Below, one piece after another: positions 12,675 to 26,936 of a stretch of 64,000 nucleotides of DNA. Within the stretch, counting starts at the first letter, position 1. Each line of letters begins with the position of its first letter. The DNA lies in NCBI GenBank assembly GCA_964247055.1, contig OZ176056.1, positions 9,424,001 through 9,488,000 on the forward strand. Direction: 5' to 3'. Made by a program: the position numbers and the translations under genes. The DNA is from Paragordius varius. Its lineage: Eukaryota; Animalia; Nematomorpha. The notes beneath the pieces are model-generated. The model ran no database searches. It worked only from the letters and a program-made list of their open reading frames with translations, and was not told the origin of the DNA.

Positions 12675-13209
12675 CACTTTCAAATTGGGGCATAATATGC
12701 CAGACTAAATTATATAAATATTTTTATAAAACTCCAGAAGGAAACGGTCTGAATAAAAATTTATGCTACTATCCTAATAAAATATATATAAATAAGTTAA
12801 AATATTCAAATAAATTTTATTATGCAAAAAAAGTTATAACTACTTCGACGTTATTTGTTATAAAATATCGTCTTAATTTTTTAAAAGTACAATTGCTAAT
12901 TATTTATTTAAATTACATATGGCATTGATAAAATAAAAAAATTGGTTTATTTTTTATTGTTTTTATTGAGATAAAGTACACAAGTCACGTTGATTAAAAT
13001 TTTAAACCTTTGGATTTTACCTTACCATAAATACTATCAATTTTTAAATTTAGTTTTTACTTCGGTTTATAATGTTACGTAAGTGCAAAGTTTTGCCATG
13101 GTTTTGATTTATTCTATATTTCTAAAGAATTTAATTTTAAACAAATCTAAGGTAACCAACTACCCTCATTTGAATGGAAGTAATGGAATGAATATGTTAT
13201 ATCCAAGTG
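12675..13209 (-). mobile_element. piggyBac-type MITE (family A)
   Basis: TTAA at 12671-12674 and 13210-13213; ends CACTTTCAAATTGGGG...TATCCAAGTG. Confidence 0.85.
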
Positions 13210-13699
13210 TTAAAGATCCTGTGTTCTACAATACTTTTTGCATTCATACATTATATTTAAATTTAAATTAAAAATATCCACACACATATACAATTGTAAA
13301 TCTCTTAAAATTTTGGAATGCAATCATTTCTCCAAAATTCTCTCCTATTTCAATAATTTGCGCCAAGTATTTTTTTAATATTTGTAAGAATATTCTTCAA
13401 TCTGTTTCGCCGTATTCCAAGGCCATGTTTACGACAGATTTTAGAGAAAAACATCATTTTGAATTGGTTTTACGCGAAATTGCCATTGTCATCGATACGA
13501 TTTTGGGTATAAATTCTTGTTGAAATGGAAAAGAGGTGTAGAATATTTATAGTAAAAAATAGTAAAACCTCTACCACATCTTATTTTAACTTTGGAATAA
13601 TTTACTCCTTAAACTCATACTAGCTTATGATAAGAGATTTTAGATGGATATTTTGTGATGCCCAAATGCATTCCATATACGTTCATTGAAGAGGTTGTC

Positions 13700-14560
13700 C
13701 AAAATGAACCTCTTTTGCATTTGTTTTCTTCATAATGACTATGTTTACTGATATGTGGTAGCTAGATTCTTTTAAATTGTTTGCAGGTATTTTAATATGG
13801 GGTCTGCCCGCTTTAGGTGTTCGCGGTGTCCACTTTGTAATGTATCATGGTTGTTAGTGTGTCTGGGACGGATCTCTACGATATATGTGACCCGCTCATC
13901 CTATTGATTTTATTTTTAGCACAGTTGGAGGGGCCATGGTTCGTTGTGTAATTAAACTATCGCTCAAATATATAACTGCATTTGAAATTCTACGCTCTGA
14001 TTGAAATAATTTAACTTTAGGCATGTTTGTCAGTTGCCGTCCATGTTTCCCATCCGTATTTTAACACAAGTTGAATCGTTTTGGTGAAAAAAGTTGTGCT
14101 TTTGCGAGATTAATATATCCGCATGATAGAACAGGAGTGGAATTTTTCCAGAACTGAGCTATGCGATGCTTGATAGTTTCTCTAAGTCCTCCAGCTGTTT
14201 ATACCTTATCTCTCAGATATTCTCATCTGGCTCAATCCCAAACTTGTTATGATAACGTAATTAGAACTCGGATATTCTTTTATTAAGCATTTTTGGCATA
14301 TTAAATTTCTACTATGCAATTTGCGTTTTTAATTTAAACATTTCAATCGTATTATAATTTAGGAGAGACTTCTTTTGGTAATCATTTATATATAATTGCT
14401 AGATACTTTTTTTCCCTTGATGACACGAATTCAGATAACTGATTTTTCCCCTCGCTTGTTTATTTTGTTTCCTCTACCTTTATAAATTAGACTATGACGT
14501 CTCCGAGATAAGTGAACTTGTCTATTGAATTCTCGTCAATTTTCTCATATGTTTAGAGCG
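13700..14560 (-). pseudogene. degenerate RTE-like LINE 3' fragment
   Basis: Minus-strand pieces DKFTYLGDVI, TIKHRIAQFW, VLKYGWETWT, G*AGHIYRRD, KWTPRTPKAGRP. Confidence 0.7.
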
Positions 14561-15108
14561 TGTTTGGCGCTTGGATTTATTTTACAGTTTTGGAATCAAA
14601 GCTTATTTGATCGATTAGTTAAATGGTTATTCAAAGAGTTATTTGTAGACGCAGTATTTGCATTTTATTCTTCCTTGTCGCATATGGCGCTCGGACATTC
14701 AACATACGGATTTCAACATTTATTTATATTTATAACTTTAATAATTCCAGAATTTATATACTCTAAATTGAATATTACCGAATCGAATGTGAAAGTTACA
14801 AATTGCTCATCTGTTTCAATTACAGTCCGTTCTGGATGAATGTGCCACTTTTTTGTCGACACGCATTGAAACGCACAACTGTTTAGGGATAAAAACTTTC
14901 CTTGACCTATACAATCTCGACTCGTATAGAAAACATTATTTATTAACCTGATTTTTTCCATATAACATAAATGATTAGTCGTACGCATCTCTAGAGTAAG
15001 CCACTTTATTTTATATTTCTGAGACGACAGGTTATATGTTTAAAAATATGACACAATCTTTAAAAAACATGCCTAACTTGATAATTTAATTTCACATTAA
15101 GTTTAATA

Positions 15109-16950
15109 CAGTGGCGTACCGATGGGGGGGGCAAGCGGGTGAATCACGCTCCGGGCGCCGTTATTTAGGGGCGCTTAAATGATTTTATTAATTAAATTTA
15201 AATTACGAAAAAAAATAACAACTTTTATAAGAGATTTTTTAGCAATTTACGTAATAATCTCTAAAATATAATAATAATTATATACATGCGATCAAGAGCA
15301 ATCATTATGCAAAAAACAACTTTCATGTAGGTATTCCCTTCAACATATGCAAACTTAATTTTTTGGTTAACCTTTAATTAAATTATTTTAACTTTTTTTT
15401 CTGTTCGAAACCTTATCTCATATTCTTATTATAGATAATTTCATTTATATTTTAATCATATTCAATATAAAATCCAATTTTATTTATTTCCTTCCCCAAG
15501 ATCATTTTATCTCTAACAAGGTAGATTTTTATTATTAATATAGCCTGTATTTTTTATAATTACTTTCATTTTTATTATCAATGCCTAAACTTAACGGTTA
15601 CGCAAATATAAAACGAAAAATCTAGGAAGAGAATATAACAAATAAAATGCGAATGAGTATGAAATCTTATTTAACGAAAATATCTGACCATAACATTGAA
15701 AAAGTGAATGCGACATAACGGTCTTAATAATAATAATAACTTAAATACAGCTAAAACCCTCGTTATTGATCCAATAAATATACAAATATAACACTATTAA
15801 TTCCAAGCGCTATACCTCTAGAGTTTAATGATGTCGCATTTTTAAAATTCCTAATAATCATGCCATAATATTTGATCAGTCTCGCACAGAAAGGATTATT
15901 CGTGAAAATAAATGCATTTTCTTTGTAACATTAAATCATCGTTCAATGCCTCATTGATTTTTTTCGATGGCTCGGTTGAGAGGTCCTGGCTCTTATATCC
16001 ACCAAAGAACAGATCTTGCTTTTGTTGCCTACTTTTTGATCAATCTAATTTACCATCACTTTTATAACTACGCATAGTTTTAATAAATGGAGGAAAAGAG
16101 ATAAATTTAAATCAACGGAAAGCATTTACCACTTAAAAAGAGGCAGAAAAAAATATTGATAAATTAAACAGCAATTGATTCTGCTCTAGAAACTCACATA
16201 CAATCGGTAAAGGATTGATGGCGAAAAATTTTACATCAAATATGGGCCTGCATAAAATTTCTTATCAACCAAAATCTCTTTTTTCGAAAACATTTTGAAA
16301 GTTTAATTGAAACCTTCTTATCTTTACTAAAATTTGTAGCTCAGTTTGACCCAATAATGGAGAACAGATAAAAAACACCGAATCTAACACTTTATCATAT
16401 GCTCAAGTTGCCACATATCCGTTTATTGATTATGAGAAAAAAAAGTTGTCATAAAAAAATCCTTTTTAGGTTTTTTCAGTTATTCAATAAAGATGAATGT
16501 CAATTGAAAAGGTAATTTTAGAAAATAATGGTTAATATTCAGTCATCAAATTGTAGATCTCAATGCTATAATAATCCAGCTGTGATGCGTCATCAGGTGT
16601 TTAACAAAGAATTCTGGAAAAAAATAAAAGAGTAATATATGTCAGTGACAATCATTCTTTGATTTTAGTTGGAGTCGCGGTAGCAAAACAAGATGTTATT
16701 GTGTGAATTTTTCAAAATATTAAAAATATCTATCTTTTTACGTTCAACTATTAGATGGAGCCTATTAAAATGTAAACTAAAAAAACTGTTTAACGAGAGT
16801 CTAAAACCCAATGGAGTGCTAGAATTCAAGCACTTATTGCCATTGTTTAGGGGATAGAGTTATTAAAAGATGTTACTAAAATACTTCAAATATTTAAAAG
16901 TGAGGCATCCGTTTTACTTTAGAGTGTTTTAAATTTCAATTTTTTAGCAT
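15109..16950 (+). mobile_element. hAT transposon (ZMYM1/TTF-zinc-finger-like transposase type), degenerate; right end not located
   Basis: Left TIR CAGTGGCGTACC; relic peptides FVAQFDPIME, CRSQCYNNPAVM, GV*QRILEKNKRVIYVSDNHSLILVG, RSTIRWSLL, KTQWSARIQAL; first ~1.2 kb homologous to 29813->28620. Confidence 0.8.
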
Positions 16951-18094
16951 TAGTTTTTTCTGGCATCAAATATTTAGTATATTGCGTTAGAATTATCTTC
17001 TATATATAAACAAATTTGGTTGACGCGTCATTTATCGATCTAATGTGCTCTAATGCGATTTTTAATTTTGACTAATAACAGAAAGATTCGAATTTTTTCT
17101 AGTAATTATCCTTATATATCATTTAAATAATAAAAATCTTAAAACTTTTAGCTATCGAATGATATATGATTCATTTAACCTTATTTTTGATCCCCATTTT
17201 TGTCCAGTGTGTAATAATATTTTTTACCCTTTAGCTTTTACCAAAGTTAAATAATCTAATGTGCTCAAACGGGAGTTTTTGGATATGGATCAATATCCGC
17301 AAATGTAATTTCTCACTCACTAAAATTTCCATGAGATCTGATATTTTTATCTATTGGAGTATATAAATTTATTAACATATTTTTTTTACCCTGGATATGC
17401 AAAATTATATAATATCTTTTGTATGAATTAAGTTGGACTATGATACAATACAATTTATTATTTATTCAAATTTTAGTTGGTGAAACGTTGAGACAATAAA
17501 TGACGTTTATAAAAATATATTGTATAAAAGAATTAGGATGAACACAGTAAAATATTTGCAAACAATAGTATCTAATGGTAAATAACGGATTGGTTATGTT
17601 TTGTAATAAACAGTTGTTAAAATCCGTAAGATAACGAAGGAAAATTAAATAGAATTAAATTAAAGTATAAATAGAAATTATAAACGATGTGTGTAACCCT
17701 TAATCAATAGTAATCGCAGACTAGTTTCGTGCTTGTTAGCGCTCATTAGTAAGACACAACTATATGACTTGGGGTTTTCACATATCGATTTTGTATATAT
17801 ATATCCAACTTTGCAATTTTGGTATAAATGCAGTTGGGTATACGAATTTAATTTAAATTTAATGGAATTCATGAAAATTAAACTGAAAATTTGAAAATAA
17901 ACTGAAAATTAACTTTAGGGGAGCCTAGATTTAGAGTATAGCTACTTAGGGATTAAATCCTCTGTAGATCAAACGGAAACACATATGAAAAAATATCAAT
18001 TGTATCTAATCACTATTAAACAATATAAATTTTCTCCCTTTCCTGCCATTTTGAAATCATTCGTTTATATTGCTCAATGAAGTTGTATGTTGCT

Positions 18095-21000
18095 TTAACG
18101 ATCACCAGATTCAAGACTTGAAGGTAGGGCACTTTTGATCAAATGACCCAAAGTTTCAGGGATCAACAAATTTAGTACGCGAAACATAAAACCCAGCAAA
18201 GAATGTGGCCAATAGCCGAATACGTTTTAAAAATTTACCATTTGCAGGGCATTCCAAACATATGTTTCGGGATCTGATGAAGCAAGCCAATTTTAAAACA
18301 AAAAATAAATTAAAACGATATTCAAAAATGACAGTAAATAAATGGAAATAAATAATTATACGCGTTTTATATTTGTCATTTTGGTAGCCACTAAATAGGG
18401 AATAACGGTTTGAACCCATAGTTTAGGACCTATGATGGCAGAATTGTTAATATTGTTGAATTGAACCATGGCGTATTTATTTTGTGGAGAACCTGATGTA
18501 CCATATTCTGTTTGTAAACAATTTCCAAACTGCCAAACAAAAGCTTTGTTGGCTGCATAAACGGCGAAACAAGGTGCAGGTGACAATGCAGAAAAGGAGG
18601 CCAAATTAATTACTATGGCTCGACCTGATTTATCTACCATAATATATATTATCCAATTATTAATAAAACTTATTTCCGCATTAAGATTAGGTTTGGAACG
18701 TGGAAGCTAAATGGCAGCTAAAACAGATTTAACGGAATAACTATAACTAAATTTCCTTAAAGTTATAGAATTTCCAGAAATCGGTTAAAAAAGTATCATA
18801 ATAGGACATTTTTCTTAATTGCGATTGGCAAAAAAGCACCATGATATGCGTCTGATACAACGTGATGAAAGCCACAGGACAATAAATGTATACCACGCGT
18901 TTAAGAAAGAGAAAAGGTCAGCGAAAAGACGAAACGATTATTTATATATACCCCATTTGGCACTGACAACTACAGAAGTTTAGTTTGTTATAAATAGCGT
19001 CTTATTTCCATCAAATAGTCATGGAATTTTGTGTAAAAAAGAACATCGGAACATATTGTCATCAAAAGAAAAGTACTGTTGAAAAGTATAGTTTTCTACG
19101 GTGTGGTTAAAGAAAAGGAGTATATCGTAAGAATTCTTGTAAATTATTAGTTTGATCAACCATAACGGCTTAGGAAATAGTTTTAATAAGCACAGGGATA
19201 TTAGAAAGAGGAGTTAATTTAATCTTTTAATTTGTATGTAAAATATTTCTAAGTATTATGCTGTAAAAAAATGGACTATACTAATGACCTTAAATTTAAA
19301 GAGTTTATTTAATTAGACAAAGGTTAACAACTGACTTAAATGTTGGTTAATTTCACGGATAAGAAAGAATAAAAGAGGTAGCTTTTTAACCTATCTTGAA
19401 TTAGGACCGAATCGGATTTTATAATTTATTGATTTTTCTTTTGTGCAAAATGCACGAAGTTAAATAATAAAATTAAGTGAAGCTTCTGTTGAACAGTTTT
19501 TAATGGCTCTAATGCCGACTATAAAATGAAACTCACAACCTGAACAATAAAATTTGTGTATGTTTCAAAGTTGTGGATATAAAAATATTTATGCAAGAAT
19601 GACATGAAAATAAAATCAAACCTTATAAGACGTAATTTACAAATGTTTTTAAATGATATAATTATGGCAACAGACTATGGTTAATTGCGTAAATTTAGCA
19701 AGATGATTGGTATGTTTGAAATCAAGGGTGGGAAGAGAGGGGTGGACATTAAAGTGGAATAATATTATGAAAATCTAGAGTTAGAAGAGAGGATGCTTAA
19801 AATATAAAGTTTTTAAGTATATAAGTGAAAATCAACTTATAAATGAGTGCTAGAATTATTATATTTATATGAATGGGATAAAATATCAAATAAATATCAA
19901 TAAAATATTTAAGAATGGTTATATATTTAGTTAACTTCAATGTAACTATTTTGATTGGTTTGTTAATGAATGCATAATAAATTTTAAATAAAATAATAAA
20001 CCTAATCTTTTGATACAAGCACGTGTAATATTGAGTACAGGTATGATATTAACATTGACCAAGTGACTGCAAAATTAACCCATCTATAATAAAATTGATA
20101 TTTGCAAAAACAAGAATTACTAAAGTACGAATTTTGATAAATTAAAAACAAGTCAACCACTCTCTGTTTTCTTATCAGAGCTTAGAATTGAAAACATTTT
20201 GAATCTATAAATATGCGATTTAAATTTTGTTCAGAATAATTTTTACGGCCCATAATTTCGGCCAATTAATAGTATTTAAAAAAATACACCATATCATTTA
20301 AACTCATTTTTTAGATAAATGTTGAGCTTTTACCTAAAAAAATGGTATGCAAGCGATATGTAATAGAAATACAAAATAAATGATAAATGCAGCTTTCGCT
20401 CATTTTTAGCTTCCATACAAACGCTTAAAATTTATGTGTTTATTATGCGATGAAAGACCAATGAAAGCATCATTTTATGATCGGGCTAATATCTTAAATA
20501 CTTTTTAAAATATTCAAATTTTATATAGCTCTGTGGTATACAACTATAGAGATCATAAAGTATTTAACAACGTAAATATACTGAAGTCGTCCATTAGGTA
20601 TTTTCTATAATTAATATTAATTATTTATTAGCCATTAATAAGCAAACTATGTTTACTAATTTATATTTTTTGTTATGCTATATACCCCTATGTGTTCACC
20701 CTAATATGTTTGATTAATTTATGGAACATTTTAATTAATCAACGAATATATAACTTAAAATGTTATACTATACTAAACCAGACAAATAATCTTTTACACT
20801 ATTTTTGAACTGACTACTTTGGTGTATTACTGTTACAAATACAATTTAGGTATTGTATTTTTTAATCAATTTGTTTACTCTGAATAAATAGCGTTGGTTC
20901 ATCATATAATCCCAGCGTTATTTACAATAATCCTCAAATCTTTATACCTTGAAGGAGATTTAAAACAATTTGGCAATAATAATAGCTGATCAATGACTTG

Positions 21001-21242
21001 ATCAACCGCTTCGCCGTTAACCGTTATTGAAAAATCAATAACTCCAAAAATAATGGTATTTGACATATGATATGGGTAATCTCTCTTTTGAGACAAACGC
21101 ATCTCCTTAACTCTGGAATCATCATAATTTCCGGCTTAGTATTATTAAGTTTATATGCTGAGCGCCCAATTAATATTATGCTAAAGTCAAGGCGAGTCAA
21201 CCATAATGCATAGGCTTTTCCAATCCCATCGGTTGCACCTAA
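18095..21242 (-). pseudogene. HSD17B12/very-long-chain 3-oxoacyl-CoA reductase-like short-chain dehydrogenase, apparently disabled
   Basis: Exon 21242-20879: GATDGIGKAYA, VIDFS, IIVNNAG, YDEP with two compensating frameshifts. Exon 18706-18362: INLASFS, YAANK (YxxxK), QTVIPYLVATKMT. Exon 18292-18095: PETYVWNAL...GYWPHSLLG with in-frame TAA at 18227-18229. The 69-nt intron 18361-18293 ends in AA, not AG. Confidence 0.8.
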
Positions 21243-21313
21243 CTAGTTAATTTAAAAATAAATATAATTATGTGATAGATATTTTGCGACCAAGTTTTAA
21301 GTAGAATTGTTTT

Positions 21314-21471
21314 CAGGGCTTTGAACCGGAACCGAAGCCCCATGAAACCAAACCCGACCCCTTAGCTAGAATAAAGTGCTTACATTGGATTAAACCAATA
21401 TTTTGCATTTACTTCCTGATGAATCACCTCGCTTTCCAAAATTTTGGTAACCCGGTTGCGGTTCCAGCTTG
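21314..21471. mobile_element. short hAT-like MITE (family E)
   Basis: CAGGGCTTTGAACCGGAACCG ... CGGTTGCGGTTCCAGCTTG imperfect inverted ends. Confidence 0.5.
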
Positions 21472-21602
21472 AAAATAAGTAGATACCATACTTTTTTTAA
21501 AAAAACATATATATTATTGTTTAATTTATGATTAAATTTTATTTGATTTTAATAAACTTTTTGGTATCCAAAATTGACCATCACAAATTAATTCTTTTAG
21601 AT

Positions 21603-22092
21603 CAGGGCTTCTTAAACTTTTGTAATCCCGCTCCCATTTATGATCGAGTTTCTTAATGACCCCAACGATTCGAAAAACTCTTAGAAAATTTGCTGATAAT
21701 GTTTATCAGGATCATTTCGGTTTTACAAGATTGAAAATAAACTACATTTTTTATAAATTTTTATAACATCTTCTGATTCATATTAAATTTATACAAGATA
21801 TTATAATGATCGGTGGTCCCTTTTTAAGGGAAAGAATGATATTATACAAATTCGCCAAAAACTTTAGCTTCTTATTTTGAAAATTTCTAAAACCACGTCA
21901 TTTTTGTATGGCTTCTCAGTTATAAACCGGTAGACAGGAAACAGATAACAAAGTCGCTTCCGTTTTGATAAATATATCGATTTTACAAGTTAAAAAATAA
22001 TTTTTGTTAAATTCTAATTTTATCACTCGCGACCCCGTAATTTTGCTACGCGACCCCAAATGGGGTCACGACTCATAGCTTAAAAATCCCTG
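21603..22092. mobile_element. hAT (Buster-like) MITE, 490 bp (family D)
   Basis: Ends CAGGGCTTCTTAAAC...TTAAAAATCCCTG; TSD TTTTAGAT / ATTTAGAT (7/8); shares ends and internal sequence with 25719-26888. Confidence 0.85.
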
Positions 22093-22127
22093 ATTTAGAT
22101 AATATACTATTTTATAAATCGAATATA

Positions 22128-23100
22128 GCACTGCGTCCAAAAGGTTTAAAAAAATGACCTGATGATTTTATATATTCTAATAGGAAAATGTATTAGGACT
22201 ATCATGGTGCTTTTGGTTTTGCCCCTTACGAGTGATTTAAGAAAGATTTTAGACTTTTGCCGTAAGTGATTCATATAAGAAAATGGCACTGGGCACATTT
22301 TTTCAAATAAAATATTTTTGGTGAGAGTTAAATGCTTAATTTCAAAATATATCTTAAAATATATTATAAATTACATATAAAAAGAAAAACACTATTTTTC
22401 AAAAATTATTATAATAGCGAAACTCCAAATTTTCTCGCTCTTTTAAAATGGGCTTATTTTTTAATAAAAGCAAAAAGGGCGGGATTGTGCTATAGTTTAA
22501 TATGCCCAATTTAATAAAAATATTTTGCAAAATTTTCAAAAATTAAATTTTTAGCATAATTTTGATGAAGCGTACCTCATAAAAGTTTTAAGCATCATGG
22601 AAAAGGTTTTACACATAAATTTGTAGATGAGCGACTTTTTTAATCAAGATGACAAAAATATTCAGCATTATGCAATTAAGATAAAGTCTTTTTATAATAA
22701 ATTAAAGCGTTTATATTACATCATGCCTCAAACTAATATGTATGCTCCAAAATTTATATGCTAAAAATTTAATTTTTTAAAAAAGCATGAAGTTTAAAAA
22801 AATATTTTTAACTGATATGTGAATTTAGCATATATTTTTAATATATATATTCGCACAATTCCGATTTTGGTTTATTTTTAGGAGATTACTACATTTTAGA
22901 AAAACAAAAAATTTGGGACTTAGCCCATAAAACATATTTTTTAATAATATAGTTATGCTTTTATAAGTTTATATTTTCCAAATTATTTTTTGGAATTTAG
23001 GATTTCAAAATATTCTATAATATATGTGCGAAAATTCAGCCATTTGGTGATATGAAGCATCTACCGCAAAAGTGATCAATTTCTTATATCATTTTTTACA
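22128..23100. repeat. degenerate long inverted repeat, probable old MITE
   Basis: GATTTAAGAAA...ACTTTTGCCGTAAGTGATTCATAT...AAATGGC (~22233-22290) mirrors ...GCCATTTGGTGATATGAAGCATCTACCGCAAAAGTGATC...CTTATATC (~23039-23090); begins CACTG. Confidence 0.4.
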
Positions 23101-24428
23101 AATTTTTATACCTTACGTTAAAAACTCAACAACCAACATAATAATTTATGTAAATTTTAAATCTATAAATTAAGAACATATACATTGCAATTAATGAAAC
23201 CAACTTCTGATAAAAATAAACTATATATTGATATAGCTTAGGAAAAGGGAAATAGCGCCATGGCTTTTATGTTATTACTTCAGAACATAGTATATACTTT
23301 AATATTTACAATCCTTAAATAACAAAACTAGAAACTAGAGCATCCTTATTAAGTTAATTATAACTGATTAATTCCAATTGTTTTCTATATGATTTATATT
23401 TTTATAAAAAATGTTAACATCATATTAAAAAGTCAAATATCAATCGGAAAATTTTGAGTAATTTACTCGGTTAGTGATCCACTTTCTTACAAGCGAATTT
23501 CGGTTTCGCATTTTTAAAAATCATCAGGGTCAGGTTGTTCTTTTTCGACCCGGTTCCTTTTTACTATAATTAGCGTGCATATAACAACGGCGAAACAATT
23601 TCACGTCAGAAACAATTATTGATGGCTCCACTTTTGGGGTAGGTGAAACATGTTTTATGTTTAAAAAATCGAAAAAATAAATACTAGAAGAAGACGCGTA
23701 ATAATTTTATTCGGCAAATTAAATAAATAAACTTGCTAATATGCCATAAAATTATTAACTGGATATCGTATATGTTATTAAATACATTAAAGTTTTAAAA
23801 TGATTTATCATTATATAATATAATTAGACCATACCGTAAAAAATTTTAATAAAATAATCCTATATATATATAATTTTAATAAATCTTTATCACCTTAATT
23901 AGATCTAAGATAATTACACCAGTGTTTTCCGCAGTATGGTGTCGGATATAAAAACTTAGCCTATACTGCGGTCACTTTTGTCTGATTTTTTGTGTATATT
24001 ACTTACATTTGTTCAAAAAAATCGTGAAATTCGATATACTACCCTCTGTTAAAATAAATCCTTTCTAAAAAAATTGTTCTTCATTTTCAGTAAAAATCTA
24101 ATATTGGCCTATATCTAATTTATTATATTATTCCCGAATTGGTTTTTGGACCGGTCAAACTTATGAATGCAGCCATTTGAGCAGTGGCGGATTAAGTCTT
24201 AAACTCACCACAACAGTTAGGATAATGACCCTTTCACTGAGACCTTCCGCAATATAGGCCTTAAAATTTATAATTAATACATAAATGATTTATTATATTA
24301 TCGTAAAATTTGATCTAGTTTGGATATTTATGTTTTATTTACGTTTTGTTTATGTTTGATTTAATGATAATCAAAACGAATAATATATACAAAATGCTAT
24401 TTAAGTATATTAGTTTAATTCATTTTAA

Positions 24429-24943
24429 ATACAACACATTCTTTTCAGTTCTTTGATTCTAATTGGGGTCGCTAGATACCTCAGGCCTGTTAAAAATAAT
24501 TACTTCAAAAAATATGAAATGAATTAAAACCAAGTCAAATGTGTGCACTAACATTAATGAATCGGAATATAAAAAAACATTAAAAAACTTAATATAACTT
24601 ATTTTAAACAAATGGTAAAAATATAGCCAACATGACCATGTAGAAAATTTTTATGTAAAACAAAATAAACCAATTTTTCTCTTTCTATTAATGTTAAATG
24701 TTATTAAAAAATTGCTTTAATTTTAATTTAAAATTGACACGAAATTTTGCAAAAATGTTGTATAATAGTGGTGTAGAATTGGTTTGCTATGGAACTTTTT
24801 TTCAAAACTAAATTTTATTTAGATAATTCGGCTTATTTATATCATTCTTTTTAGGATTTGAAGCATTTTAAATTAGGACCGTTTCTTAAAAAGTTTTTTA
24901 ATATCAAGCTAAATTTAGCCTGAGGAATATTTGACTTAAAGTG
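24429..24943 (+). mobile_element. piggyBac-type MITE (family A), old diverged copy
   Basis: ATACAACACATTC...AATTGGGGTCGCTAGATACC...GGACCGTTTC...AAAGTG; left terminus eroded. Confidence 0.75.
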
Positions 24944-25718
24944 TTAGTTTTCCGTCCCTTTGTGTGTCAAAAAATTAACAATCAATATATATTAAATTTA
25001 ATCATCTCATATTGAGAATATAAACTCTTCATGCATCTAATTTTAAACAACATAACTGGTTATATTAATTAGGACTAGGCCTTTTTATTAGCCCGCTTTG
25101 CTGTGATAACAAAAAGGTTTTTTAATTTTTTAAATATTTATAAACCAGAGGCCGTTTTGGTTTTTTACCGGATGTGTTGCTTTTATTAAAAAAAAACATT
25201 TTTTAGAATAATTAATCAAGTACAAAGTAAATATATTTATCTAATTAGAATGAAAAAATTAGGGATTAATGGTAAATATTTTGTTATTTTTTATATCGTT
25301 TCCAATCTATATAACTTGAAAGATGTTAATAATCAAGTACATTACAAAAGAAGATCGTAAAGCTTGTTTAGATAATATTTCGCAAAACAACCCATGATAG
25401 GGACTAAATCCGAAAAAATTAGGGCCCTAGGCAAAAGTGCCCTTTTTATTATTTATACTAAATTTGGGTCCTTTCTATTTTGCGGGGGGAAGGGATATAA
25501 CTTTTTTATTGACAGATATGGAGTAATGGCTTGTGATTATAAGTATACTGGGATAGAATAAAGAGAATAATTAAAGGAAGAGGCAAAAAATGCATTTTTT
25601 CCCTATCCAAAGCCATAATGATATTGTTTGTTCCTTTATTAATATCTGGCAGTTTTAATAGTGAACAAAAAAAGGAGGGAAATAGTAAAACACTCATAAT
25701 AACAACTGTTCTCTAACA

Positions 25719-26888
25719 CAGGGCTTCTTAAACTTTTGTAATTGACCCTATTTATGATTGCGAGTTTCTCAACGACCCCAACAAATATAAAAGAAAAATA
25801 TTTTTTTTGATGATATATTTATTAGGTAACGATATACACATGAATATGAAAATATTATTTCAAAAACAAAAGTGGATTTTGACCGTCTTAATTCTCTCTA
25901 ATATATCCAAGTAGTTGCGTGGTATATAATAAATTGAGGTTTACGTTAAAAATTAAATGAGATGAGATGTGCCTGTTTTGTATTGCATAACAAATCATAT
26001 CTTAGTGTAAAGATTGAACCTGTTGGACGGAAGACCTTTTCAACATTTTTTATTGAACGATATTGGGATATGTGTGTCAAAGATGAGAAAATTCACATAA
26101 ATATGTGGTGCTGAATAACAGAAATACATTTGATGCCATATTGGCGTCCGTGGGAAATTCAGTAGTTCTAGTTCCGATCCAGAATTGAGTCAATTTAAAT
26201 AGTAATTTTGAGTTTATGTCACACGAAAGCTTAGAAAATTCCTCTTGAGTTTTAAAAGGCAGATGATCAATCTCACTCAAGCCAATCCAAAACGGCTTTT
26301 AATCCAAAATTTCTATACAAGAATATATAAAATATGTCCGGTGTATTTCTAGCGCCTTTAAGTGATTTACATAGTCTTTGCAATAAAAGACAATGAATTA
26401 TTCCAATTGAAATTACTTGAAAACCTTTCAAACGAAATTTTTCTACCCTACTTTTCCAAATGCTGATCTTTCTAATAAAACTTTAATTTTATCGTTTCAA
26501 GTAAATATATCGCATTTCTTGAAGAGACAATTTAGATTGTTTAGCAAAAATATCTGACAAATACAGATATAGTCACAAGTCATTTAAAAAAGCAGCATAT
26601 TCACAATTTCGTTCAGTTAAATATATTTCGATCTCGTCCTTAATAGCAATAATTATTTCGAAATTATGATATTGACAAAAATAAATCTACATTTTTTATA
26701 AATTTTTTCAACATCTACTGATTCATAGTTTCATACAAGATATAAATCGGATTATAAATGCTGGCATAAACACATTTTCCGAACCAGTAAAATATATTTC
26801 GATGATTGTTATTTTTTATAACAATATTTTACAAATTAAAAAACATTTTTGTGTATTTTGACCCCAACCCATAGTTTAAGTAGCCTTG
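25719..26888 (-). mobile_element. hAT Buster/ZBED5-like element, internally deleted (family D), with transposase relic
   Basis: Ends CAGGGCTTCTTAAAC...GTTTAAGTAGCCTTG; perfect TSD CTCTAACA (25711-25718, 26889-26896); minus-strand relics LNCLFK/NDKIK and FWIGTRTTEFPTDANMASNVFLLFSTTYLCE. Confidence 0.9.
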
Positions 26889-26936
26889 CTCTAACAAGTA
26901 CTCAATTTATATATTTTTATACAATATGCAATTTAA

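Noticed and set aside
7208-18229. Alternative genetic code (TAA=Gln): in-frame TAAs often align with Gln in the RTE, hAT, Gypsy and SDR relics
   Set aside because: CAA>TAA is the expected decay in an AT-biased genome. The 408-codon GT31 frame has no TAA, the protease exons use CAA/CAG for Gln, and protease A ends in TAA at the normal C-terminal position.
21075-21110. Tiny 14- or 29-nt introns that would repair the first SDR frameshift
   Set aside because: Much shorter than the other introns seen (69 nt and up), with poor acceptors, and the gene has independent lesions.
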